Assembly (NCBI GenBank): GCA_030765135.1
Contig: JAVCDC010000125.1
Coordinates: 31,607-95,606, forward strand
DNA from: Candidatus Tritonobacter lacicola
GTDB taxonomy: Bacteria; Auribacterota; Tritonobacteria; Tritonobacterales; Tritonobacteraceae
Length of the DNA stretch: 64,000 nt
Reading direction: 5' to 3'
Shown here: one piece after another, positions 29,370 through 38,581 of the stretch
Position numbering within the stretch: position 1 is the stretch's first letter
How the letters are laid out: the number at the start of each line of letters is the position of its first letter
The notes under the pieces: model-generated
The model's input: only the letters and a program-made list of their open reading frames with translations
Database searches by the model: none
What the model was told of the DNA's origin: nothing
Program-made: the position numbers and the translations under genes

Positions 29370-31163
29370 TCACTGTATGTAGCCCAGGCTCTTGAGCCTC
29401 TCCTGTGTCTCGCGGTCCATCAGGGGCACCCCGCGGGCGGTCGGGGCCGTCATCACCGATGCGATCCGCTCCTTCAGCTTGAGAACCAGATCCTCCCTCT
29501 CGCCGGAGATGTCGCGCAGCTCCCCCGGGTCCTTTCGAAGGTCGAAGAGGCGCGTCTCCTTTCCCGGGCGGACGATAAGCTTATACCCGCCGTCGTAGCA
29601 GGCGACGTCAAGGATGGACTCGTCTCCCTGCCGCCGCGTCTCGCTCAGCCCCTCGCCCGGCCCGGCGTTCTCGCCTTTCATGAGGGGAACGAGGCTCCTG
29701 CCCGAGCACCAGCCGGGCGCCTCAAGCCCCGCAAGGTCCAGGAGGGTTGGAACGATATCGATGGTCTGGACAACGGCTCCCACGCGCACCGGCTCGCCGG
29801 ACTTCCCGTGGCGAATAATCATGGGGACCTTGACCTGGTCATCGTAGAGATAGTCGCCGTGGCGGAAATAATACCCGCGCTCGTCAAGGCTCTCGCCGTG
29901 GTCACCGACGACAACGAGGATGGTGTCCCCGGAGCGCGAGTCTATCTCCTCCAGGAGCCTCCCGATCTGGGCGTCCGTGTAGGTGACCTCCGCGTCGTAC
30001 TGGGCGATGGGGTAGGCGATATCGGTGAAATCGCGGATCGTGGGCGGCCAGTAAAGAGGCATCTCCACACCGTCCATGCTCCGGTTGGCAGGGTCGTCCT
30101 TCCGCCCCTCGTAGTACATTCCAGAGTAGGGAGGCGGCGGGGCGTACGGGCCGTGAGGGTCGTAATAGTGCACCCACAGGAAATAGGGCTGCCGGGCGAT
30201 CCTGCGGAGCCAGGAGACGGCGTCATCGTTCGTGCGCCCCGCGATCCGCTCGAGGCGCCCGCCGGTTATCCCGAGTATCGAATCGATCACGCGCACGAGC
30301 GTCAGGCTCTGGTATCCCTTGAGGCGGGAGAAGTCGTCGTCGTATATCTCGAAACCGTCCGAGAAGCCGAACCGCGAATCCAGCGTGAAGGAGCTGACGA
30401 ACGCCGCCGTCCTGTAACCGAGCCTGCCAAGCTCGTGGACGATCTTCGGGATATCATCGGAATGCCGGTGCCAGTTCTCAACGACACCGTGCTGGTGGGG
30501 GTAGGTAGAGGAGAGGATCGATAGATGAGACGGGTTCGTTATGGGAATCTGGCTGACAGCGTTCTCGAAGAGGACTCCCTCAGACGCCAGCCGGTCGAGA
30601 ACCGGCGTGCGGACCCTGTCGTTTCCGTAACAGTGCAGTCGGTCCGACCTGATGGTATCGATCGTCACAAGGATTATATTCGGCAGCTCCCCCGGGGGCG
30701 CGGACGGGCGGCCTACGGGAAACACCATCCAGACCGTGAGCGCCGCGAAAATAACAGCGCCCGCATAGAGGCTTCTCTTCCCCTTCAGTACCCGGCCGAA
30801 CGCTCCCCCGGCCAGGAAGGAGATGGCAACGGATGCGACGAGGACGGCCGCCCCCCACATGAGAAACCGGTGCGCCTCACGGTGCATCAATCGGGAGATA
30901 ACCAGGTAGCCGAGGCCGTAAAGGAGGCACCACGCCATGACGGAGGAGGAGACGGCCGCCCTCCATGGCGACGCCCGCCGGAGCCTCCGCCAGAGGGGGT
31001 AAATAACCAGGCACGCGACCGCGCCGTACAGCGCGTACATGAAGACGGCAACCAGTATAATCCCCAGCCTCCCCGCGGGAGTGAAATACAGCTCCCGGAT
31101 TGACGCCGCCTCGCCGTAGCCGACGAGCCCACCCACCATGGCGCAGAAATATACCGCTCTCAT
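29370..31163 (-). CDS. LtaS/EptA-like sulfatase-fold transferase, paralog 2
   Basis: Same architecture. The N-terminal ~90 aa are nearly identical, at nucleotide level as well, to paralog 1. PITNPSH motif. Confidence 0.65.
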   Translation of the reverse strand: MRAVYFCAMVGGLVGYGEAASIRELYFTPAGRLGIILVAVFMYALYGAVACLVIYPLWRRLRRASPWRAAVSSSVMAWCLLYGLGYLVISRLMHREAHRFLMWGAAVLVASVAISFLAGGAFGRVLKGKRSLYAGAVIFAALTVWMVFPVGRPSAPPGELPNIILVTIDTIRSDRLHCYGNDRVRTPVLDRLASEGVLFENAVSQIPITNPSHLSILSSTYPHQHGVVENWHRHSDDIPKIVHELGRLGYRTAAFVSSFTLDSRFGFSDGFEIYDDDFSRLKGYQSLTLVRVIDSILGITGGRLERIAGRTNDDAVSWLRRIARQPYFLWVHYYDPHGPYAPPPPYSGMYYEGRKDDPANRSMDGVEMPLYWPPTIRDFTDIAYPIAQYDAEVTYTDAQIGRLLEEIDSRSGDTILVVVGDHGESLDERGYYFRHGDYLYDDQVKVPMIIRHGKSGEPVRVGAVVQTIDIVPTLLDLAGLEAPGWCSGRSLVPLMKGENAGPGEGLSETRRQGDESILDVACYDGGYKLIVRPGKETRLFDLRKDPGELRDISGEREDLVLKLKERIASVMTAPTARGVPLMDRETQERLKSLGYIQ

Positions 31164-31192
31164 AAATTAGCTCGCTGCGCTCGCAAATTTAT
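31163..31192. promoter_or_regulatory. 30-bp near-palindromic element, copy 4
   Basis: Same sequence as copy 3, flush with the ATG of LtaS-like paralog 2. Confidence 0.6.
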
Positions 31193-31273
31193 TATAAAAA
31201 ATTTTTGAAATTCCGAGGCAGTAAATTAATTCGCTCCGCTCATTCATCTTGCATCCTGAATCCTGTATCTTTT

Positions 31274-31427
31274 CACATTACACGTTCCACGTTCGTTTTT
31301 TTACGTTTCACGTTTCACGTTACACGTCACACGTTTATTTTTTCACGTCACACGTTCCACGTTCGTTTTTTTACGTTTCACGTTTCACGTTACACGTTAC
31401 ACGTTTATTTTTTCACGTCACACGTTT
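31274..31427. repeat. tandem heptamer array C (CACGTNN)n, about 17 copies with an internal ~63-bp duplication
   Basis: Read directly; it lies between the start of paralog 2 (31163) and the stop of the YfhO gene (31428). Confidence 0.9.
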
Positions 31428-33770
31428 TTACTGTATGCAGCCCAGGCTCCTGAAACGGGGAACGGACGCCCAGACAAGGAGGAGCAGAAGTGCGGCCAGG
31501 GATACGCGAGCACCCCACCTGAACGATCCCGGCCTGTAGATGAACTCCACGGTATGGCTCCCCGGAGAAAGCTCCACCGCCCTGAAGACATAGTCCGCGC
31601 GATAAACCGGCGCCTCCTCCCCGTCTATCTCGGCCGTCCAGCCCGGGTACCAGGTGTCCGTGAGGACAAGCCAGCCTCCGCGGGGCGAATCCGCCTCTAT
31701 CGTTACCCGGTCCGGGAGGTACCGGATGACGGCGCACGTGCTGCCTGCCGCGTCGTACTCCACGACCGGCGCGGAGAGCGCTCCATCATCCAGGAGCACC
31801 TCCCGGCGGGGATCGAAGGACGGCCCGGTCATGCGGGCGAGCGTCTCCTCCGCGGCCACGGGAGTAGCCCTTCCAACGATAAACGCGCGGGATAAACACC
31901 TCTCGTTCTCGTAGACCTTCACCCTCCCTCCCTGTATCCGCCTGAAGCCGGGCACGTCAATCTCGTGAACGGTGATAACGAAGCGCACGTTCAGAAGATC
32001 GAGCAGCTTCCGGTTCTTCTCCATGCGGCGCATCGACTCCTCCGGCGGCAGCGGCGCCAGGGAAGTCCCGGTCGCGTCTATGAGCGAGGAGAGCCTCTTC
32101 GGAATAAGTGGCGACGGGTACTCTATATCGGGCACGTTGAAGAGCATCCCGTAGCTTGCCGTCAAGAGTTCCTTCTCAAACGCGACGGGGACGTGCCTGT
32201 CCAGAATGGTTATCCTCCAGAGGCCGTCGGGCGCCGGCAGCGACCCGGCCGTGACGGGTCCCCTGAGAGCAATCTCGGCAGGGGTGACCGGATTATAGCC
32301 CCGCGCAAAAGCCACGAGGTCCGCGAGCGAGATAAAAATGATGAGCACGGCCGCCAGCGTCCCCGGAAGCCTGCGGGACGAAGCGAAGACGACGGCAGCC
32401 AGTGCCAGGAGCCCGATGGGGAGCATGTTCTCCGGGCGTCCCAGCCGCGTGCTTTCCCCCAGCCCGTCGATAAACGCGAGGGCTCTCTCCAGTTTGGGCG
32501 GCTCAAGGCCGGCGCGCAGCTTCCCCTCGATCTCCCCGCTACGGCGATTGAGGACGGCATGGGACAGGGGCAAAACGGCAGCGAAGAAAACGGCCAGGGC
32601 GATCGCTATAACGGCGAGCCTCATCGCCACCCGCCTATTGCGGAGGAGGTTATCGAGTCCGTAGCCGCTCAGGATGGCCAGTGAGAAAGTCAGAACGTAT
32701 CCGAACCTGGCGGGGAAGCGGAAGAGCGAGAACGGCGGAACCGCCATGAGAAGGCGGTATAACGGATTATATTTCCCCAGCATGAGCAGAAAGGAAACGG
32801 CGGCGAGAGCGATAAACACTCCCGCCCTCTTTGGCGGCGCGGCGAAAGCCAGCAAGAGCGGAAGCACACCGACATAGAAACAGAACTCCCAGTAGTTCAC
32901 GCCGACGCCCCAGTAGCCCGAGCCCTCCATGTGGTACGAAACGGGAACGGACGCCGGAGAGTCAAAACCGAAGAAGTGCGGAAAGATAAAATTTATGGCC
33001 TGGAATGGCGGGAACGAGCCCCACCCGAGAAAGCCGCTCTCCGCTCCCTCCCTGACGGAACGGACGGTCAGCTCCGCTGTCGGCAGAAGCTGGGCCGCCG
33101 GGATGGTCAGGGAGAAGAAGACGAGTATCGCAAGTGCGGGGAAAAACCGCCTCGGGCGGACTCCGAAGCGGCACAAGGTATAAAACGCCGCCGCCATGAG
33201 AGAATAAGACGCTATCTGTGGGTGCCCCGCCGTGAACTGGACGCCGACGACCACTCCGGCAAGGGCGATAAAAATCGCCCGCCTCCGTCCCTTCTCGATC
33301 AGCAGAAGGGCAAGCGGCAGCCAGGGATAAGCGCTCATCATGTGCATGAACGTCAGGTGGCTGACGGCGAACCCGCTTATCATGTAGACGGCGGATGACA
33401 GGAAGGACGGGGGGCGCGGCAAGCCGAGCTTCCTGCAGAGAGCGTAGGTGAAGAAGCCGGCCATGAGAAAGTGCCCGATGACGAGGAGGTTGCAGGCAAC
33501 GAGGGGGTGAAAAAGAAAAAACAGGATGATATTCGGCGGGTAGAGGGGGCCTGACTGTCCGTCGGCGAGCATCGGGAAGCCGCATCCCCCGAGTGGGTTC
33601 CATAGAGGTAGCGAGAAGTCCCGGTACAGGATGCCGTTGAACGCCCGCCACGGATAGTGGTGGTGGAATATATCGTGGAAGAAGAGCACCCCGTCCATCA
33701 GAAATAGGCCGGGGAAGATGATGAAGAGAACGAGAACAAGAAGCAGCAGGGGAAGCAGTCTCCCGGTCAT
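31428..33770 (-). CDS. YfhO-family polytopic membrane protein (GT-C-like glycosyltransferase)
   Basis: 780 aa, N-terminal ~13 TM helices, a single C-terminal TM helix, and the C-terminal periplasmic signature TDTWYPGWTAEIDGEEAPVYRADYVFRAVELSPGSHTVEFIYRP characteristic of YfhO proteins. Confidence 0.6.
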   Translation of the reverse strand: MTGRLLPLLLLVLVLFIIFPGLFLMDGVLFFHDIFHHHYPWRAFNGILYRDFSLPLWNPLGGCGFPMLADGQSGPLYPPNIILFFLFHPLVACNLLVIGHFLMAGFFTYALCRKLGLPRPPSFLSSAVYMISGFAVSHLTFMHMMSAYPWLPLALLLIEKGRRRAIFIALAGVVVGVQFTAGHPQIASYSLMAAAFYTLCRFGVRPRRFFPALAILVFFSLTIPAAQLLPTAELTVRSVREGAESGFLGWGSFPPFQAINFIFPHFFGFDSPASVPVSYHMEGSGYWGVGVNYWEFCFYVGVLPLLLAFAAPPKRAGVFIALAAVSFLLMLGKYNPLYRLLMAVPPFSLFRFPARFGYVLTFSLAILSGYGLDNLLRNRRVAMRLAVIAIALAVFFAAVLPLSHAVLNRRSGEIEGKLRAGLEPPKLERALAFIDGLGESTRLGRPENMLPIGLLALAAVVFASSRRLPGTLAAVLIIFISLADLVAFARGYNPVTPAEIALRGPVTAGSLPAPDGLWRITILDRHVPVAFEKELLTASYGMLFNVPDIEYPSPLIPKRLSSLIDATGTSLAPLPPEESMRRMEKNRKLLDLLNVRFVITVHEIDVPGFRRIQGGRVKVYENERCLSRAFIVGRATPVAAEETLARMTGPSFDPRREVLLDDGALSAPVVEYDAAGSTCAVIRYLPDRVTIEADSPRGGWLVLTDTWYPGWTAEIDGEEAPVYRADYVFRAVELSPGSHTVEFIYRPGSFRWGARVSLAALLLLLVWASVPRFRSLGCIQ

Positions 33771-33774
33771 CTGC

Positions 33775-35628
33775 TCACCTGATGTATCCCAAGCTACGGA
33801 GCTTCCCCTCCGTCTCGTAGTCCATAACCGAACTCGCCTCCATGGCCTGTCCCTTCGTAAGCGAGAGAATCCTCTCCCGGTATTTATCGATCAGGTCACC
33901 CCGCTCCTTTGAGATGTTCCTGAGCTCCCGGGGGTCGTTCTGGAGATCGTAGAGTTCGACATCGGCTCCCGGTTTGACGATGAGCTTGTAACGGTCGTCC
34001 CGGTAGGCGAAATCTACCGTCCCGTCTCTCTTTCTTCCGCCCGTTTCGCTCAGGGCTCCCTCTTTCGACGCCGCGTCCCCTCTCATTACCGGGACGAGGC
34101 TCTTTCCCCGGTACCACGCGGGAATGTCAATCCCCGCAAGCTCGAGAATCGTCGGGGCTATGTCGATATTTTCAACGGGGCTCGACAGCCTGACAGGCTC
34201 CACCTTCCCTTTCATCCTGAGAATAAGGGGAACTCGTATGTGCTCGTCATAGAGGGCCGAATCATGGCGGAAATAGAGGTCATGCTCGGTCAGGCTCTCC
34301 CCGTGGTCGCCGACGACGACCAGGAGGTACTCTTCACCGATCCAGGCGTCGAGCTCCTCCACGAGCCTCCCCAACTCTGCGTCCGTGTAGGTGATCTCCG
34401 CATCGTATTGAGCTACGGGATAATTGATGTCCGTGAAATCGACTGCACCGGGCGTCCAGTCGGGGGGCAGCTCGATACCCTCCATGCTGTGGTTGTTCGG
34501 GTCGTCTTTCACTCCCTTATAATACATTCCCGAATACGGGGAAGGAGGAGCGTATGGCCCGTGGGGATCGAAATAGTGAACCCAGAGGAAGAAGGGGGTC
34601 TTCGCCCTGCTGCGCAGCCACGATAGAACCTCGCTATTCGTCTCCCGGGCGTCTCGCTTGGTCATCAGCCGGCGAAAGGCTCTCAGGCCCCACCCCCTTG
34701 TAATGGCGACCCCGGCTATGCGAACCATGGAGAGGCCTTGGAACCCTTTGACTCCCGGGCCGCTGTCGTCGTATATCTCGAATCCCTCGGCAAAGCCGAA
34801 GCGGGATTCCAGAGGAAACGCACTTACGAACGCGGCAGTACGATATCCCCTCCTCGCGAACTCGTCGACAATGGTCGATATGCCCGGAGGACGCCTGCTC
34901 CTGTTATGCATGACTCCCAACTCATGAGGATAGCGGGAGGAGAGAATCGACAGGTGCGACGGATTCGTTACGGGGATCTGGGATATCGCATTTTCGAAGA
35001 GGGCCCCCACCGACGCCAGCCTGTCCATGGTGGGAGTCTCGATCGGCTCATGCCCGTAGCAGCAAATGCGATCGGCCCTGATCGTATCGATTGTCACCAG
35101 AACCACACTCGGTACATCCGCTCCGGGCTGCGCATCCCTTTTACCGGGCACAAAAGCCCAGATACCGAGAGCGAAGACCGCGCACGCCGCAGCTGCGGCC
35201 CATCCTCTCATCTTTAAAACGGTACCGGCGATCCAGCCGAAGAGGCATGCTGTAACGACGGAGGCCGCCATGAGTCCCGCAAAACACAGAAAAAAGCGTG
35301 CTGAGAAGGGGCCGCTCCTCGAGGGAATGCCGAAGAGCAGAATGGCAACGCTGTAGAGCAGAGCGATGGAGAATACGGCCGCCGGGTACACCGCCCGCGC
35401 GTCGTGGCGCGGCATAAGGACACGCCACGCAAAGGAGATGAGCACGGTGGCCGCCATTCCGTATACCGCGTAGCTCGCCGGAGCAGCGAGCAGCAGGCCG
35501 ATCTTTCCCGCGGCGGTGAAATAGAGCCTCGAGTAGACTATGAGAAGCACCGCCTCGGTATAGCCTGCGAGGCCGCCGAAGACCGCCCCGGCGATAATCG
35601 CCCTCCCTATAAATCCCCGTTTGGTCAT
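33775..35628 (-). CDS. LtaS/EptA-like sulfatase-fold transferase, paralog 3
   Basis: MTKRGFIGRAIIAGAVFGG N-terminus; TM domain plus sulfatase core with PVTNPSH. Confidence 0.65.
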   Translation of the reverse strand: MTKRGFIGRAIIAGAVFGGLAGYTEAVLLIVYSRLYFTAAGKIGLLLAAPASYAVYGMAATVLISFAWRVLMPRHDARAVYPAAVFSIALLYSVAILLFGIPSRSGPFSARFFLCFAGLMAASVVTACLFGWIAGTVLKMRGWAAAAACAVFALGIWAFVPGKRDAQPGADVPSVVLVTIDTIRADRICCYGHEPIETPTMDRLASVGALFENAISQIPVTNPSHLSILSSRYPHELGVMHNRSRRPPGISTIVDEFARRGYRTAAFVSAFPLESRFGFAEGFEIYDDSGPGVKGFQGLSMVRIAGVAITRGWGLRAFRRLMTKRDARETNSEVLSWLRSRAKTPFFLWVHYFDPHGPYAPPSPYSGMYYKGVKDDPNNHSMEGIELPPDWTPGAVDFTDINYPVAQYDAEITYTDAELGRLVEELDAWIGEEYLLVVVGDHGESLTEHDLYFRHDSALYDEHIRVPLILRMKGKVEPVRLSSPVENIDIAPTILELAGIDIPAWYRGKSLVPVMRGDAASKEGALSETGGRKRDGTVDFAYRDDRYKLIVKPGADVELYDLQNDPRELRNISKERGDLIDKYRERILSLTKGQAMEASSVMDYETEGKLRSLGYIR

Positions 35629-35688
35629 ATCAAGTCGAAATTATGCAGCGGAACCACCCGAACTATAGATTCCATTACAGGTTACACG

Positions 35689-37545
35689 TCACTGGATGTA
35701 CCCGAGGCTCCGGAGCTTCCCCTCCGTCTCCGGGTCCATGACCTCGCTCGCCTCGCGCACCTGGCCCTCCAGGACGGAGCTGATCCGTTCCCGGAAAGTC
35801 TCCACAAGGTCCTTCCGCTCCCCGGAGATGTCGTTGAGCTCGCGCGGATCGTTCTCCAGGTCGTAGAGCTCGACACCCTCCCCGGGCTTCACTATGAGCT
35901 TGTACCGCTCCGTGCGGTAAGCGATGTCGATCGTCCCGTCCTGCTTCCGGCCGCCGGTCTCGCTCAGGACACCCTCCTTCGAGCGCCCCTCCTCCCCCCT
36001 CATCAGTGGGAGGAGGCTCTCCCCCTGGAAGCAATCGGGAACGGCGAGGCCGGCCATCTCCATAACCGTGGGGGCTATGTCCACATTCCCGACCGGGGAT
36101 GAGACCCGGGCGGGCCCGATGCTCCCCTTCCTGCGGATAATCAGGGGGACCATGATCTGCTCATCGTAAAGGCCCGCGCCGTGGTGAAAGTACGTGCCGT
36201 GCTCGGTCAGGCTCTCGCCGTGGTCGCCTACGACAACCAGTATATAATCCCCTATCCTCTCGTCGAGCTCCTTCACCAGCCTGCCCAGCTCGGCGTCCGT
36301 GTAGGTGATCTCGGCGTCGTACTGGGCTATGGGATAGCCGATATCGGTGAAATCGCGCTGATCGGGCGCCCAGTAGCTCTGGAGCTTTATCCCGTCCATG
36401 CTGCGGTTGGAGGGGTCGTCCTTTACTCCTGCATAATACATCTCCGAATACGGCGCCGGCGGCGTGTACGGCCCGTGAGGGTCGAAATAATGGACCCAGA
36501 GAAAGAAGGGCGGCTCCCCCCTGTTCTCAAGCCACGAGAAGACCTCCCTGTTCGTCCTCCACGCGTCCCTCTTCAGCTTCAGGCGGCTGGCCAGCGTGGA
36601 TGCCCCTGTCCTCCTCAAGACCACGTCGGCTATGCGGACGAGGGAGAGGCTCTGGACCCCCTTGATCCTCGAGCTGTCGTCGTCGTAGACGTCGAACCCC
36701 TCGGCGAAACCGAAGCGGGAATTGAGGGGAAAGGCGCTTACGAACGCGGCCGTCCCGTAGCCCTGTTTCCTGAATTCGTCGACGATCGTTGTGATTCCGG
36801 GCGGGCGCCTGTGCCAGTTGGTGATAAGGCCCGTCTGGTGCGGGTACCGGGAGGAGAGGATCGATTGGTGAGAGGGATTCGTTATCGGGATCTGGCAGAC
36901 GGCTTTCTCAAACAGAACCCCCTCGGAGGACAGCCCGTCCATAACGGGAGTCTTTATCCTCTCGTAGCCGTAACAGTTGATGCGATCGGCCCTGATCGTG
37001 TCTATCGTCACAAGAACGACGCTGGGCAATCCGCCCCCGGGCCGCGCTTTCTTCCCGGCGGGGAGAAACAGGCAGACCCCTATCGCGGCGACGGCGCACG
37101 CCGCGGCAACGGCAGTCCTCCTGCCCTTCAGGATGCGGACAGCGACCGCTCCCGCCAGGCAGGCCGCCAGCAGAGAAGCGATGAAAAGGCCCGCAGACCA
37201 CAGGAAGAAGCGCGCCGAAAGGAGGCCTGCCCCGGACACGACGCCCAGGGAGAGGAGGAAGGAGACGCTGTACAGGAGCGCCACGGAGAGTACCGCGATT
37301 GAAGCGGCGGCACGGTTCCCCGGGCCGCGCCGGAACAAGCGCCATACCCCCGCGAGAATAGCGGCGGCCGCACCCCCGTATACCGCGTAGAGCACAGCGG
37401 CCGCGACCAGGAGTCCGATTTTGCCCGCCGCGGTGAAATACACCCTGGAGAAAAGTATCAGGAAAGCGGCCTCGCCATAGCCTGCAAGCGCCCCCAGAAC
37501 CGCTCCCCTAAAAACCGCTTTTCTTGTAAATCCAGCTTTGCTCAT
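35689..37545 (-). CDS. LtaS/EptA-like sulfatase-fold transferase, paralog 4
   Basis: Start chosen at MSKAGFTRKAVFRGAVLG (37545) by alignment to the paralog 3 N-terminus MTKRGFIGRAIIAG; the ORF-track extends to 37563. PITNPSH motif. Confidence 0.6.
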   Translation of the reverse strand: MSKAGFTRKAVFRGAVLGALAGYGEAAFLILFSRVYFTAAGKIGLLVAAAVLYAVYGGAAAAILAGVWRLFRRGPGNRAAASIAVLSVALLYSVSFLLSLGVVSGAGLLSARFFLWSAGLFIASLLAACLAGAVAVRILKGRRTAVAAACAVAAIGVCLFLPAGKKARPGGGLPSVVLVTIDTIRADRINCYGYERIKTPVMDGLSSEGVLFEKAVCQIPITNPSHQSILSSRYPHQTGLITNWHRRPPGITTIVDEFRKQGYGTAAFVSAFPLNSRFGFAEGFDVYDDDSSRIKGVQSLSLVRIADVVLRRTGASTLASRLKLKRDAWRTNREVFSWLENRGEPPFFLWVHYFDPHGPYTPPAPYSEMYYAGVKDDPSNRSMDGIKLQSYWAPDQRDFTDIGYPIAQYDAEITYTDAELGRLVKELDERIGDYILVVVGDHGESLTEHGTYFHHGAGLYDEQIMVPLIIRRKGSIGPARVSSPVGNVDIAPTVMEMAGLAVPDCFQGESLLPLMRGEEGRSKEGVLSETGGRKQDGTIDIAYRTERYKLIVKPGEGVELYDLENDPRELNDISGERKDLVETFRERISSVLEGQVREASEVMDPETEGKLRSLGYIQ

Positions 37546-37633
37546 TAATCCCGCCATGTCCATCGATCAGGCGCGTAAAAAAGAATAATTATCACCCCGG
37601 GGCGTCATTAGCAAGAGAGAATACAACAGCGTA

Positions 37634-38581
37634 TTAATCCTCGAACAGGTACGTATTATCGAAGCCGCCCCTGAGTCTTCTGAATACTATGAAATTGATG
37701 TAGTGCTCGGGATAACGCCTTACGTATCCATCCAGAATATCGATGAAGGCCTGAGTATTGGCCATGAGGTCAGCCTCCTTATCCCCGGAATCCCGCAAAC
37801 GCATCGGCTCGTGAACGACGATCCGGTGGCGGCCTCCCCTCTCCCTGAGGACGAACGTCGGCAGCACCGACGCCCCCGTTTTTACCGATAGGGCCATCGG
37901 CTCGAGCGAAAAGAGGGCCTTCCTGTCGAGGAAGTCAAACGGGGCCTTCCGTCTTCCTCCCCCTCCGTCTATGGCCAGGCCGAGCACCTCGTTCCGCTTC
38001 AGGCACCTGAATGCCGGCCGCAGGAACTCGAAGACGTCGATGTGGCGGACGGGAAGGTTGCTTTCCAGCTCCCAGCGAAGCTGGAAACTTTTTATCATCA
38101 TAGGTGTGGCGGCCTTCCCCATGATATCTTTCCAGACGACGGGGCTGGCGCTGATCTGGTTCATATGGTAACCGCGGCGGCCGAACGCGGGCATGATCAT
38201 CTGGTTCTGCCCGAAGTGGGCGATGAGCAGGATAGCCCCCCTGCCCTTCTCGAGGCCCGCGTCGAGATATTCCTTCCCCTCGACCTTCGTCATCTTTTCC
38301 ATGACCTTCCTGTTCATGCGGGGGTACATGAACACCTCCAGGTCGTTCATAACCTGGAGCACAAAGGCCTCCCTGGCTATCCCGCGGTCGCCGCCGCCGT
38401 GTTTGAACTTTCCGAGCTCCTCGAGCATCAGCTCCCTTTTTCTCCCGCCCAGGGCGAAGGAAGCGAGGCCCAGCAGCCGGCCGAAGCCGGGTATAAGGGA
38501 GAGGGGCATGAGGGAGACGAGGTATCTCACCGGGTACCACAGGAAAAAAATGAGAACGTCCTTCGCGCAGCGCCTGATCAC
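37634..38581 (-). CDS. LpxL/HtrB-like (LPLAT superfamily) lipid A-type acyltransferase
   Basis: N-terminal TM (VLIFFLWYPVRYLVSLMPLSLIPGF) and an ILLIAHFGQNQM block in the position of the HX4D box. The ORF-track N-terminus is Arg-rich overlap junk. A GTG at 38581 forms a GTGA junction with the upstream flippase stop. Confidence 0.45.
   Translation of the reverse strand: MIRRCAKDVLIFFLWYPVRYLVSLMPLSLIPGFGRLLGLASFALGGRKRELMLEELGKFKHGGGDRGIAREAFVLQVMNDLEVFMYPRMNRKVMEKMTKVEGKEYLDAGLEKGRGAILLIAHFGQNQMIMPAFGRRGYHMNQISASPVVWKDIMGKAATPMMIKSFQLRWELESNLPVRHIDVFEFLRPAFRCLKRNEVLGLAIDGGGGRRKAPFDFLDRKALFSLEPMALSVKTGASVLPTFVLRERGGRHRIVVHEPMRLRDSGDKEADLMANTQAFIDILDGYVRRYPEHYINFIVFRRLRGGFDNTYLFED

Noticed and set aside
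27131-31427. CRISPR array
   Set aside because: The repeat unit is 7 bp with no unique spacers. No 25-40 bp repeat-spacer periodicity and no cas genes are present.
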